Source: an uncultured delta proteobacterium
GTDB taxonomy: Bacteria > Desulfobacterota > Desulfuromonadia > Geobacterales > DSM-12255
DNA length: 64,000 nucleotides
NCBI GenBank assembly: GCA_963787125.1
Contig: CAWBBV010000023.1
Location: forward strand, 143,624 to 207,623
Direction: 5' to 3'
Shown: piece after piece, positions 8,431-18,141 of the stretch
Layout of the letters: each line of letters starts with the position of its first letter
Numbering within the stretch: the stretch's first letter is position 1
Translations under genes and position numbers: made by a program
The notes under the pieces: generated by a model
The model's database searches: none
Told to the model about the DNA's origin: nothing
Seen by the model: the letters and a program-made list of their open reading frames with translations, nothing else

Positions 8431-8556
8431 GGAGTAAAGTATAACCAAGCGGTAAAATTTTAGCGAGAATAAAAAACTGCTTCCACTTGGTTCAGGACGT
8501 GATTAATGCTATGGTGATGATTATCATTAATGCCATGAAACACTGGAACAGCACTC

Positions 8557-9543
8557 ATGCCCGAAACAGCCCACCCTTTTCAGACCTTGACCCCCAGCTT
8601 TATCATGGATGCTGTCGAAAGCCAGGGATTTACCTGCGATTGCCGCACCTTTGCCCTCAACAGCTACGAAAACAGAGTCTATCAGGTCGGTATTGACGAT
8701 GGACTGCCGCTGATAGTGAAGTTCTACCGTCCCAGCCGCTGGAGTGATGAGCAGATACTTGAGGAGCACCGCTTCTGTTTCGAGCTGCAGGATAATGAGC
8801 TGCCGGTGGTGGCTCCACTGGTTAATAGTGCCGGAGAGAGCCTTCTCCACTACGGTATTTTCAGTTTTGCCATTTATCCGCGTCAGGGGGGGCATGCTCC
8901 GGAGTTTGACAATCTGGACAATCTGCTGATCCTTGGCCGGATGCTGGGCCGGATTCATGCTCTCGGCGCTGTTCGGCCATTTTCCCACCGTCCGACACTT
9001 GATGCGCAGAATTTCGGCTACGCCAGCGTCGCCCTGATCAAGGAGCGCTTTATCCCGGCAGAGTACAAGGAGAGCTACACCGCTCTCACCGACCAGCTGC
9101 TGACCGCCATCGATACCATCCTGGCCGGTGCCGGGCCGATCCGTTACCTCCGCGCTCATGGCGACTGTCACGCCGGCAACATCCTCTGGCGGGACGGTGC
9201 GCCTCACTTCGTCGATTTCGACGACGCCCGCATGGCCCCGGCAGTGCAGGATCTCTGGATGATGCTCTCCGGCGAAAGGCCGCGCCAGACTGCCCAGCTT
9301 GCCGAACTGATCGAAGGATATAACGAGTTTTTTGATTTCAACCCCCGCGAGCTCCAGCTGGTCGGCGCTCTGCGCGCTTTGCGGATGCTGCACTACAGCG
9401 CCTGGCTGGCCCGCCGTTGGGAAGACCCGATCTTCCCGCGTACCTTCCCCTGGTTCAACACCGTCCGTTACTGGGGCGAGCAGATTCTGGAGCTGCGCGA
9501 GCAGCTGGCAGCGTTGAGCGAACCGCCGCTGGAGCTGCCGTAA
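8557..9543 (+). CDS. srkA: Stress response Ser/Thr kinase SrkA/RdoA (YihE)
   Basis: LNSYENRVYQ, KFYRP.RWS, HGDCHAGN, DFDD, FPWF. Confidence 0.95.
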   Translation: MPETAHPFQTLTPSFIMDAVESQGFTCDCRTFALNSYENRVYQVGIDDGLPLIVKFYRPSRWSDEQILEEHRFCFELQDNELPVVAPLVNSAGESLLHYGIFSFAIYPRQGGHAPEFDNLDNLLILGRMLGRIHALGAVRPFSHRPTLDAQNFGYASVALIKERFIPAEYKESYTALTDQLLTAIDTILAGAGPIRYLRAHGDCHAGNILWRDGAPHFVDFDDARMAPAVQDLWMMLSGERPRQTAQLAELIEGYNEFFDFNPRELQLVGALRALRMLHYSAWLARRWEDPIFPRTFPWFNTVRYWGEQILELREQLAALSEPPLELP

Positions 9544-9576
9544 ACCTCGCACCGGCAGCTGGGGGCAACACCCGTT

Positions 9577-9819
9577 TCAGGACGATTTCCCTTCGTCTGC
9601 ATTCCCCAATTCAAACAGATACAACTCCTCAACCTTCTTCCGCGCCCAGGGGGTGCGGCGGAGGAATTTGAGACTGGACTGCATGTCCGGGTTGGTGGTG
9701 AAGCATTTGATATCAATGGCCATCCCCATCCGTTCCCAGCCGTAATGCTCCACCAGCCTGGTGAGGATATTAACCAGCGTCAGGCCATGGAGCGGATCGC
9801 TGCTTTTCTTTTCGGTCAT
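9577..9819 (-). CDS. DUF2132/VF530 family small DNA-binding protein
   Basis: DPLHGLTL..LVEHYGW..SSLKFLRRTPWARKKVE. Confidence 0.88.
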   Translation of the reverse strand: MTEKKSSDPLHGLTLVNILTRLVEHYGWERMGMAIDIKCFTTNPDMQSSLKFLRRTPWARKKVEELYLFELGNADEGKSS

Positions 9820-10364
9820 TTCCCCATCCTTTTATAGTCGGCGATTTCAATACTGCTTTCCGGATAAAGCGGCCCGGCCAGCTCCAGCTGGGTCAGGTAG
9901 ACGCGGGCATCAAACTCCAGCTGATGGTAAGCCGGCTCCATATGTTCACAGAGTCGGTAAAAGGCTTTGTCATGCTCCCGCTCTTTGAGGTGAGCCAGTT
10001 CGTGGACGACAATCATTTTTAGGAACTGCAGTGGTGCTTGGCGGAAAACCGCGCCGATTTTGATTTCATTCTTGGCCTTGAGTTTGCCCCCCTGCACTCT
10101 GGAGATAAAAGTATGCAGGCCGAGGGCGTTATTGAGGATATTGATCTTGCCGTCATAGGCAACCTTGCTTAAGGGCTGGGTATTACGGAGAAATTCGTTC
10201 TTGATCGCCACCGTATAATCGTAAAGCGCCCGGTCGGTCTTGATGTCATGAGTTACCGGATATTTGCCCAGAAGAAAGTCGGCCAGCCTGTTTTCAGTGG
10301 CCATTTGCCTTACCTGACCGGTCAGTTGGTCAGAATAGCCTGCCAGATATTTCATTTCGTGCAT
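9816..10364 (-). CDS. ygjP: YgjP-like metallopeptidase-domain protein (DUF45/M48)
   Basis: VHELAHLKE..HDKAFY; SRVQGGKLKAKNEI. Confidence 0.85.
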   Translation of the reverse strand: MHEMKYLAGYSDQLTGQVRQMATENRLADFLLGKYPVTHDIKTDRALYDYTVAIKNEFLRNTQPLSKVAYDGKINILNNALGLHTFISRVQGGKLKAKNEIKIGAVFRQAPLQFLKMIVVHELAHLKEREHDKAFYRLCEHMEPAYHQLEFDARVYLTQLELAGPLYPESSIEIADYKRMGK

Positions 10365-10603
10365 GGTACATCCTCTGCTGATTTTACCTGCTTGCTGATG
10401 GCGTCTGCCTGGTAATTAATAGCATATTTTACTAACTGATGCACGCAGTGAGACGGGCAGGTGTGTAACTAAACGCACACCATTTAGCCTATTCCTTTAT
10501 TTAAACCACCAATGGCTATAACTCACAGATTATTATTTGCATTGCATAAAATAATCTACATGTTATTATAATCACATAGTAAAATAATTCATAGGTTATT
10601 TAT

Positions 10604-11089
10604 ATGCGCTCAAAATATAATCTCATAGCCCGTCAACAGCTCGACAGCACACTATCTGGCTATGCCACCTTGAAACAGAACTCACTTCCGGTTAAAGGCT
10701 GGATACGCGCCATCCGTGAAGCGCTCGGCATGTCTGGCAAGCAGCTGGCAAACCGCCTGAACGTCAGCCAGCCGCGTATCCCAAGGCTGGAGCAGGATGA
10801 GCTGTCAGGAGTCGTCTCGCTGAAAACCATGCGCCAGGCTGCTGAAGCGATGGACTGCGTATTTGTCTACGCCATTGTTCCCCGCTCAACGCTGGAGGAA
10901 ACCGTCAGGACACAGGCTCGCAAGGTTGCCGAATCCAGAATGCAGAGGGTGTCACACACCATGATGCTGGAAGCGCAAAATCTGTCAAACGAGGCACAAC
11001 GGGCATCTATTGAAGCTGCTGTTGATGAGCTGGTGACAGAGATTCCGAAAGATCTTTGGGAACGGACTCCATATCTTCGACTATTCTGA
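10604..11089 (+). CDS. Mobile mystery protein A (XRE HTH)
   Basis: PVKGWIRAIREALGMSGKQLA..VSHTMMLEAQ; likely original stop near 11073. Confidence 0.88.
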   Translation: MRSKYNLIARQQLDSTLSGYATLKQNSLPVKGWIRAIREALGMSGKQLANRLNVSQPRIPRLEQDELSGVVSLKTMRQAAEAMDCVFVYAIVPRSTLEETVRTQARKVAESRMQRVSHTMMLEAQNLSNEAQRASIEAAVDELVTEIPKDLWERTPYLRLF

Positions 11090-11654
11090 CGGGGCGACAC
11101 CACTTGACGCCGATGAAGCGCAGGGGCTGCTTCTTTCCCATATCACCAGTCGGGGCGAGCTTGATCGCTTTGAACAGGAAAATATCAGCGAAGCGGAAGC
11201 GTGGGCATTTAGGCGCAAGCCGAAAGATATTCTTACGGTTGGCTTTATCAAGCGAGCGCACAAAAGGATGTTTGGTCATATCTGGCGCTGGGCAGGAGAG
11301 AGGCGCAACAGCGGCAAGAATATTGGTGTCGCAACATGGCAGATAGAGGGCGATTTGCAGAATCTCTGCGCCGATTGCGCTGCCTGGATCGAATACCGCA
11401 GCTATCCGCCGGATGAGATTGCGGTACGTTTTCATCACCGACTTACCGCAATTCACCCATTTCCCAACGGCAACGGACGACATGCGAGGCTGATGACTGA
11501 TATATTGTTGGTTCATCTGCTTGGGCAGACACGCTTTACCTGGGGGAGTGAAAACCTGGTTAATGCCGGTGACTGTCGGCAACAGTATATCAACGCACTC
11601 CGCGCTGCCGACCGCCACGATTACAGCCTGCTGCTGGCATTTGTCCGGTCTTGA
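11071..11654 (+). pseudogene. Mobile mystery protein B (Fic domain); canonical start missing as sequenced
   Basis: Open frame IFDYSDGATPLDADEAQGL..HPFPNGNGRHARL; no ATG/GTG/TTG between in-frame TGA 11034 and 11268. Confidence 0.8.
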
Positions 11655-11682
11655 ATTTAGACGGGATGTTAATTTGAAGCAA

Positions 11683-11805
11683 ATGGATAGTACCTTGACC
11701 CTCACCCACCAAACCCTCGAATTTCTTCGCCAAAACCACCCAGCCTGGCGGCTTATTTGCGCCGGTCATACGCCGCTGATTGCCAGCTTTTAGCACCCGG
11801 CTTTG
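11683..11805 (+). pseudogene. jetA: N-terminal remnant of DUF3375 (Wadjet JetA)
   Basis: TLEFLRQNHPAWRLICAGHTPLIASF*H matches the recalled DUF3375 N-terminus (HPAWRLL..HAPL.ASFLH); TAG where Leu is expected. Confidence 0.7.
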
Positions 11806-11953
11806 GGCGGTAGACGGGGAGATATGGCAGGCAGCATTGTTAATAAGGACATGACGCCGGTGTAGGGAGACATTGCTTAATTCCGCTGAAAAGTGTTAAG
11901 GTTATCAGGCTGGGGTAGGGTGGGATAACCGGCCGGATGGGCTGAGAAAACGA

Positions 11954-12676
11954 ATGAAACGATTGCTGTTCACCATAGCCATGCTTGCGTCCATTGCCTG
12001 GCGCTCTGAGAGCCGGGCGGATATTTACCGTTTTGACGGCGATGATGAGGTTGTCTATTTTTCCGACTCACCCAATGACAAGCGCTACCAGCTGGTTATG
12101 AAAGAGCCGCAGAACCGCGCTGCCGTGAGCGGCAAGGGGAAGTCCCACCCTGTTGCGAAGCAGCCTGAAGCGCCACCAGTCCCGTCTGACAGCGACAGCT
12201 CCGCCAGGATCCTGCCGATAGACGGGGTCATAACATCAAGAACCGGTCTCAGGACAGACCCTTTCAACGGCAGGCTGACACATCATAACGGCCTGGATAT
12301 TGCCGCTCCAAGCGGCACGCCGGTAAAACCGGTGGCGGCAGGGACGGTTATTTTCAGCGGCTGGAAAGGCGGTTATGGTAATACGGTTATTCTGGATCAT
12401 CATGACGGCATGGTAACCGTTTATGCGCACCATTCCAGTAACAGTGTCAGTGAGGGCGACAGCGTTGATGTGAACAGTGTCATTGCTCTGACCGGCTCTA
12501 CCGGTCGTTCAACCGGCCCGCATCTGCATTTTGAGGCCTGGCAGAAGGGCAACAATATTACCGCTGATTTTATGCCGGGCGGCTTCTCGGGGAGTTCCGA
12601 AACCACGCTTGCCAAAGCTCCCATCCGTCGGCTGCTTCAGGATGACGGCACCCTTCTTTTTACCAATCTGCGCTGA
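11954..12676 (+). CDS. M23 family metallopeptidase with DUF4124-like N-terminus
   Basis: HNGLD, GYGN, YAH, STGPHLHFE. Confidence 0.92.
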   Translation: MKRLLFTIAMLASIAWRSESRADIYRFDGDDEVVYFSDSPNDKRYQLVMKEPQNRAAVSGKGKSHPVAKQPEAPPVPSDSDSSARILPIDGVITSRTGLRTDPFNGRLTHHNGLDIAAPSGTPVKPVAAGTVIFSGWKGGYGNTVILDHHDGMVTVYAHHSSNSVSEGDSVDVNSVIALTGSTGRSTGPHLHFEAWQKGNNITADFMPGGFSGSSETTLAKAPIRRLLQDDGTLLFTNLR

Positions 12677-12690
12677 GTTTTTTCAACAAA

Positions 12691-14697
12691 TCAAGGTCTG
12701 ATCTCCGGAGGCGGCCCGTCTACGTCCGCTGACGGCACAATCTCCGGCAGTGGCTGCAAGGGCGCTCCCCCATGCTGGGGGCAACTGCTGGTCGGCTCGG
12801 TCCCTTTAAGGTAGAATTCATCTACTTTCTCCGGGCAGTCGGCGTTCGCTCTCAGGCCGCTAGCCGGGTCGATAGTGATCTTGACAACCGTCTCCGGCTG
12901 AGGGAAGTCGAGAGCCGCTCTGGCGGCCAGTGCCGGTCGCATGAACTTCTCCCAGATCGGCGCAGCGACTCCGCCGCCGGTAAAGCCTTTGCCCCCGGGC
13001 TTTGGCTGGTCATAGCCCACCCAGATGCCGGTCACCACTTGCGGTGTATAGCCGATGAACCAGGCGTCGCGGTACTCATCGGTCGTGCCGGTCTTCCCGG
13101 CTGCGGGGCGTTCACTGCTGAACTTTCTGAGCGATTTTGCTGTACCGTAGGTCATGACATCTTTGAGAATACTGGTGGTGATAAAGGCGGTTGCGGGCGA
13201 GAGCGCCGGGTTCACCATCGGTGGATTTTCTGCTGATGTCCGCCGGTTGCGGTCGTAGATGCGGATTATGAGCCGGGCTTCAGACCTTAGTCCGCCATTG
13301 GCCAGCGGGGTGTAGGCCTGCACCAGTTCCTGCAGGGTCACTTCTGCCGTCCCGAGTGCCAGGGAAAGATCATTTCTGGCCGTCAGGTTCAGCCCTGTTT
13401 TGGCGGCAAATTCAGTAAAATAGGGGATGCCGATGGTCTCCAGCAGTTTCACGGTAATCACATTGTTTGACAGGGCAAGAGCCCGTCTCAGGGTAAGGCT
13501 GCCGTACTGCTCGCGACCGTAATTCATGGGCGTCCATGAACTGCCGGTGCCGCTGCTGTAAGTGATCGGCGCATCATTCCAGACGCTGGCGGCACTGATC
13601 CCTTTGTCCACTGCTGCGGCATAGATAAGTGGTTTGATAGCGGAACCGGGTTGACGCTTTGCGTATAGCGCCCGGTTATAGCTGTTTTTGCCGGAATCAG
13701 TCCCGCCGACAAAAGCCAGCAGGTCACCGCTTGCCGTATCAAGGCATACGAGCGCACCCTGCAGCTTCGGCGATACCTTTTTAACCCCGTCACGCAGGGT
13801 GCGTTCTGCCAGTGTCTGCAGATTAAGATCCATCCCGGTGGCAATATCAAGCCCGCCGATTTCAATGATATCCTTGCCGAAGCGTTCGATCAGTTTGAGT
13901 TTGACATGGTTCAGATATTCCGGTGCCTGACCGGGCTGCATAAAGGTAACCCGCTGCGCCCGGAGCTGCTCTTTGTAGAGCGGGTTGATGGCATTGGTCT
14001 CTACCATTCGCTTCAGGACAACATCCCGCCGTAGAACAACTTTTTTCGACTCACCTAGTGGATTATAACGACCCGGATTTTTCGGGATTCCTGCCAGCAG
14101 GGCGGACTCGGCGTCGCTTAGTTCATCGGGGTTTTTGTCAAAATAGATTCTGGCGGCCTGAGCTATCCCCCAGGCACCATTGCCGTAGTAAATTTCATTA
14201 AAGTACATCTCCAGAATCTGCCTCTTGGTGTACTTTTGCTCGAATTCGACCGCCATCACCGCTTCATTGATTTTCCGGTCTATGGATTTCTCAGCGGTCA
14301 GGTATCTGTTTTTTATCAGCTGCTGGGTGATGGTCGAACCCCCTTCAGCCATTCGCCCTTTGACCACATTTTTTACCATTGCCCTGGCTATGCCGCGCAC
14401 ATCGATGCCGCCATGCTCATAAAAACGGGCATCCTCCACCGCCACCAGCGCCTTCTGGAGAAAGACCGGAATCCGTTCAAGCGGCGTCCAGTAACGCACC
14501 TCCGGCATGATCCGACCCACATAGCGTCCTTCCCGGTCAAAGACTTTGATGGAGGAGTAGGCAGGGGGGAGGATAGGGTAGGTGGCGATTGCCTCAAGTG
14601 CCAGAGCTTTCGGGGCGAAACCGGTGATCAGGAGGAAGAAAAACAGAACTGAAAAAGAAAACTGTTTTCGAAAAATGGATGAAAAATGGACGATCAA
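12691..14697 (-). CDS. Class A penicillin-binding protein (PBP1A family)
   Basis: EDARFYEH.G, GGSTITQQL, SAIK (SxxK), SNN, KTGT. Confidence 0.95.
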   Translation of the reverse strand: MIVHFSSIFRKQFSFSVLFFFLLITGFAPKALALEAIATYPILPPAYSSIKVFDREGRYVGRIMPEVRYWTPLERIPVFLQKALVAVEDARFYEHGGIDVRGIARAMVKNVVKGRMAEGGSTITQQLIKNRYLTAEKSIDRKINEAVMAVEFEQKYTKRQILEMYFNEIYYGNGAWGIAQAARIYFDKNPDELSDAESALLAGIPKNPGRYNPLGESKKVVLRRDVVLKRMVETNAINPLYKEQLRAQRVTFMQPGQAPEYLNHVKLKLIERFGKDIIEIGGLDIATGMDLNLQTLAERTLRDGVKKVSPKLQGALVCLDTASGDLLAFVGGTDSGKNSYNRALYAKRQPGSAIKPLIYAAAVDKGISAASVWNDAPITYSSGTGSSWTPMNYGREQYGSLTLRRALALSNNVITVKLLETIGIPYFTEFAAKTGLNLTARNDLSLALGTAEVTLQELVQAYTPLANGGLRSEARLIIRIYDRNRRTSAENPPMVNPALSPATAFITTSILKDVMTYGTAKSLRKFSSERPAAGKTGTTDEYRDAWFIGYTPQVVTGIWVGYDQPKPGGKGFTGGGVAAPIWEKFMRPALAARAALDFPQPETVVKITIDPASGLRANADCPEKVDEFYLKGTEPTSSCPQHGGAPLQPLPEIVPSADVDGPPPEIRP

Positions 14698-14750
14698 ATT
14701 ATCGATACTCCCTTTTTGCAGTGACTAAAAAAATGATACTACCGTGCTGA

Positions 14751-15977
14751 TTATTGGTGAATGTCCCTGAGCTGCTTCGTTACCTTTTCAACAATATAGG
14801 CGCTAATAGGAATGGCCGAAGTGGCCGCCGGTGACGGTGCATTGCAGACCGCCAGGGTGCGGCGGGTGTTGACAAAGAGGAAATCATGCACCATTTCGCC
14901 ACTTCTGGTGACTGCCTGGGCGCGAATCCCTGCCGGGTAATCATGCAGATCGGCGACGGTCAGTTTTGGGCAGTATTTGCGCACCAGTTCCAGGTAGCCA
15001 TTTTTGTCCAGGCTGTTCTTCAACTCTGTCAGGCTGACTTTGAAATAGGTAAGCAGCACCTTGATGAGCCCGGGATAGGTAAGTATTTCCAGGCTGTCCC
15101 GCAGGCTGAAATCCAGTCTGCCGTACCCCTCCCGCTTGAAGGCCAGCACAGCATTGGGGCCGACAGTTACGCTGCCGTCAATCATCCGGGTAAGATGAAC
15201 GCCGAGAAAGGGGAGTTCCGGGTCGGGAATCGGGTAGATCAGGTGATTGACGATATTGTTGTGCTTCTCACCGAGGAGAAAGTAGTCGCCGCGGAAGGGT
15301 GCGATGATGAAGTCGGGTTCAATTCCCAGCATTCGTACTAAACGGTCAGCCATAACCCCGGCACAGGCCACCAGGAACCGGCCTTCAAAGCTGCCGCCAG
15401 AGGTTCGCACGGTGATACTTTCCGGCTGCTCCTTGATCCCGCTGACTTCGTAGTTAAAGCGAATTTCTCCCCCGGCCTGCACCAGCTGTTCAGCCATTTT
15501 CACCGTGATTTCCGTATAACTGACAATGCCAGTCGACGGCACCAGCAGAGCGCCGAGTCCGGTGATATTCGGCTCGGCAGAGCGCAGCTCTTCGGCCGTC
15601 AGTACCTTTACGGGGATCTGATTCTCCCGGCAACGAATGATCAGCGCCTCCATCCGCGCCAGTTCCGCCTTGTCTGTCGCCACCAGCAACTTGCCACATT
15701 CAGCAAATTTGATCCCGTGCTCACGGCAAAAAGCTTTGGTTGCCAGGTTCCCTTCCCGGCAGAATTGTGCCTTCAGGCTCCCCGGCGCATAATAGACACC
15801 GGCATGAATCACCCCGGAGTTGCGCCCGGTTTGATGACAGGCAGGCCGATTCTCCTTTTCCAGTACCAGTACCGAGTGCCCTGGAAATTCCTGCTGCAGT
15901 TTCCGGGCAGTGGCGATACCGATAATGCCGGCACCGATGACAATAAAATCGAAGGTCATGGTATGGATCCTCTTCAC
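14751..15977 (-). CDS. lhgO: L-2-hydroxyglutarate oxidase/dehydrogenase
   Basis: GAGIIG, HQTGRNSGVIHAGVYYAPGSLKA, NAPSPAATS; start may be ATG 15959. Confidence 0.92.
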   Translation of the reverse strand: MKRIHTMTFDFIVIGAGIIGIATARKLQQEFPGHSVLVLEKENRPACHQTGRNSGVIHAGVYYAPGSLKAQFCREGNLATKAFCREHGIKFAECGKLLVATDKAELARMEALIIRCRENQIPVKVLTAEELRSAEPNITGLGALLVPSTGIVSYTEITVKMAEQLVQAGGEIRFNYEVSGIKEQPESITVRTSGGSFEGRFLVACAGVMADRLVRMLGIEPDFIIAPFRGDYFLLGEKHNNIVNHLIYPIPDPELPFLGVHLTRMIDGSVTVGPNAVLAFKREGYGRLDFSLRDSLEILTYPGLIKVLLTYFKVSLTELKNSLDKNGYLELVRKYCPKLTVADLHDYPAGIRAQAVTRSGEMVHDFLFVNTRRTLAVCNAPSPAATSAIPISAYIVEKVTKQLRDIHQ

Positions 15978-16047
15978 CTGATAATGCTCTTGACCGTTAA
16001 ATTACAGGGTGCTGACTTTGTAGCCGTTTTTGCCGCCGGCATCATGC

Positions 16048-17058
16048 TCACTTCCTGCCAAGAAATCTTGCTTCGATGAAGCTTGCAACCATATCCGGTG
16101 AATTCAGGTCGAGAACCGGCACGTCAAGCTGTAGTGCCTCATCACTGGCAACGGCAATCAGGGTCGGATCGTGATTCTCCCCGCGGCAAAGCAACGTTTC
16201 ACTCCGCTCTTTGCGATGCACCTCTATCTTTGGCAGGTCGCTCTGTTTAAAACCTTCGGTCAGAACCATATCCACATCGGTGAAGTAGGTTGCAAGCAGC
16301 TCTCGTATCGGGGGGGCGGCCTGATGCTTCTTGACCAGGGCGAGTTTTTCCGGCGAAGTGATCAGCATGGTGTCGGCGCCGGCAGCAGTGAGGCGATGTG
16401 AATCTTTCCCCGGATGGTCGATATCAAAGGCGTGGGCATCATGCTTGATGACGCCGATTTTCCAGCCCCGCTCCTTCAGGATGGTGATTACCTTTTCCAG
16501 CAGCGTTGTCTTGCCGGTGCCGGACTTGGCGACAAAGGAGACTGCCGGTAGCGACTGCAGCTTTTTTGCAGGTGAAACGGCACAATCGTCCGGATCACCT
16601 TTCATCTTGGCCACACCATGAGGTATGGCCGCCCAGATGGCGGCCAGGTTTTCAATCGCCCCTTTCGGGCTGCCGGGGAGGTTGATGATCAGCGTTTCAT
16701 TCCTGATGCCGGCGATTGCCCGTGACAGGTGCGCATTGGGGGTGATGGCGGCGCTTGAGCGGCGCATCTCTTCCCCCAGGCCCGGAATCTCCCGGTCAAG
16801 CACCTTTCTGGTGGCGTCCGGGGTCACATCCCGGGGGGATACGCCGGTGCCGCCGCAGGTGATGATAAGGTCGAACCTGCCTGAATCAGACCATTCCTTC
16901 AGGGTCGCCTCGATCTGGAGCGCTTCATCGGGGATCATGGCGGAATGAACAACCTGGGCCTCTTTTCCTGCCAGCCAGATGGTAAGAGCCGGGCCGCTTG
17001 TGTCAACCCGTTCACCTCTTGAGCCTTTGTCGCTCAGTATCAGCAGTGCAGTTTTCAT
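16048..17058 (-). CDS. mobB: MogA/MoaB-MobB fusion protein (molybdenum cofactor biosynthesis)
   Basis: N half: SDKGSRGERVDTSGP, GGTGVSPRDVTPDA, NLPGSP; C half: SGTGKTT, IKHDAH.FDID.PGKDS, EGFK. Confidence 0.9.
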   Translation of the reverse strand: MKTALLILSDKGSRGERVDTSGPALTIWLAGKEAQVVHSAMIPDEALQIEATLKEWSDSGRFDLIITCGGTGVSPRDVTPDATRKVLDREIPGLGEEMRRSSAAITPNAHLSRAIAGIRNETLIINLPGSPKGAIENLAAIWAAIPHGVAKMKGDPDDCAVSPAKKLQSLPAVSFVAKSGTGKTTLLEKVITILKERGWKIGVIKHDAHAFDIDHPGKDSHRLTAAGADTMLITSPEKLALVKKHQAAPPIRELLATYFTDVDMVLTEGFKQSDLPKIEVHRKERSETLLCRGENHDPTLIAVASDEALQLDVPVLDLNSPDMVASFIEARFLGRK

Positions 17059-17537
17059 TGCTCTTCTCCCCGTCGGTAAATGCCGGATTTGCCCCCCTCT
17101 TTGAAGAGGAGCTTGATCTCGCCGATAGTTATACTTTTGTCAGCCCCTTTGCACATGTCGTAGATCGTCAGGGCGGTCACGCTGGCTGCGGTCATCGCCT
17201 CCATTTCCACCCCGGTTCGCTCAAAGGCCCTGACTGTCGCTGTCGCTTCTATGCAACCGGCGTCAGCGTCAACAGTGAAGTCGATGGCTACGTGATGGAT
17301 TGCCAGCGGGTGGGAAAGGGGGATCAGCTCAGAGGTTTTTTTTACTGCGGCAATGCCGGCAATTCTGGCAACGCCAAGTACATCCCCTTTAGTGGTTACC
17401 CCGGCAACGATATTTCTGATGATTTCCGGCGCAATTATAACCCTGGCTGCTGCAATTGCCGTCCTCATGGTCGGCTCTTTCTGGCTGACATCGACCATGA
17501 TTGCCTGGCCAGCGGCGTCAAAGTGATTGAAACTCAT
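17055..17537 (-). CDS. moaC: Cyclic pyranopterin monophosphate synthase
   Basis: MVDVSQK, KGDVL, LIPLSH, TGVEMEA, IYDMCK. Confidence 0.97.
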   Translation of the reverse strand: MSFNHFDAAGQAIMVDVSQKEPTMRTAIAAARVIIAPEIIRNIVAGVTTKGDVLGVARIAGIAAVKKTSELIPLSHPLAIHHVAIDFTVDADAGCIEATATVRAFERTGVEMEAMTAASVTALTIYDMCKGADKSITIGEIKLLFKEGGKSGIYRRGEEQ

Positions 17538-17548
17538 CCTGGTTTCTC

Positions 17549-18019
17549 CTATTCAAGTTTATCGGTCTGGCGTAAAGCTTCATACAGGACTATTCCGGCG
17601 GCAGTGGAAAGGTTGAGGCTGCGCACTTTGCCGGCCATGGGGATACGGATACTCGTGCCCGGATTGGCATCGATCAGTTCGTCGGGGAGTCCCTTGGTCT
17701 CTTTGCCAAAGACAATAAAATCGCCCTCAATGAACCGGAAAAATACGTGTGGCAGCGCTGCTTTCTTGCTGGTGTAGATCAGGCGTGCGCCCGGATAGGC
17801 GACCTGGAGAGATTCAAGGTCAGGCCAGTAGTTGATATCCACTTCGCTCCAGTAATCGAGCCCGGCTCTTTTAAGCTGCCGGTCGTCAGTTGAGAAGCCG
17901 AGTTTGCCGACCAGATGGAGGACCGTGCCGGTGGCTCCGCAGAGACGGGCGATATTGCCGGTATTCGGCGGAATCTCCGGTTCAATAAGGACAATATGAA
18001 AGGGGCGTGAAATGGTCAT
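17549..18019 (-). CDS. trmL: tRNA (cytidine/uridine-34 2'-O) methyltransferase
   Basis: PEIPPNTGNIARLC, RAGLDYW, FGKETKGL, RSLNLS. Confidence 0.95.
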   Translation of the reverse strand: MTISRPFHIVLIEPEIPPNTGNIARLCGATGTVLHLVGKLGFSTDDRQLKRAGLDYWSEVDINYWPDLESLQVAYPGARLIYTSKKAALPHVFFRFIEGDFIVFGKETKGLPDELIDANPGTSIRIPMAGKVRSLNLSTAAGIVLYEALRQTDKLE

Positions 18020-18141
18020 TGAGCTCCGAAAGGAGACTGTCCGGCTTAAATTCCCTAAGTCCGATAGTCACCTGGTATTGCAATTTTTGACTTGGGGGGC
18101 TATTATGCAATTTTTTCAAACGGAAGACAAGGAGAGCATAT

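Noticed and set aside
10451..11818. AGACGGG at 10451, 11659 and 11812 as island att sites
   Set aside because: Only 7 bp, picked post hoc, and no recombinase nearby.
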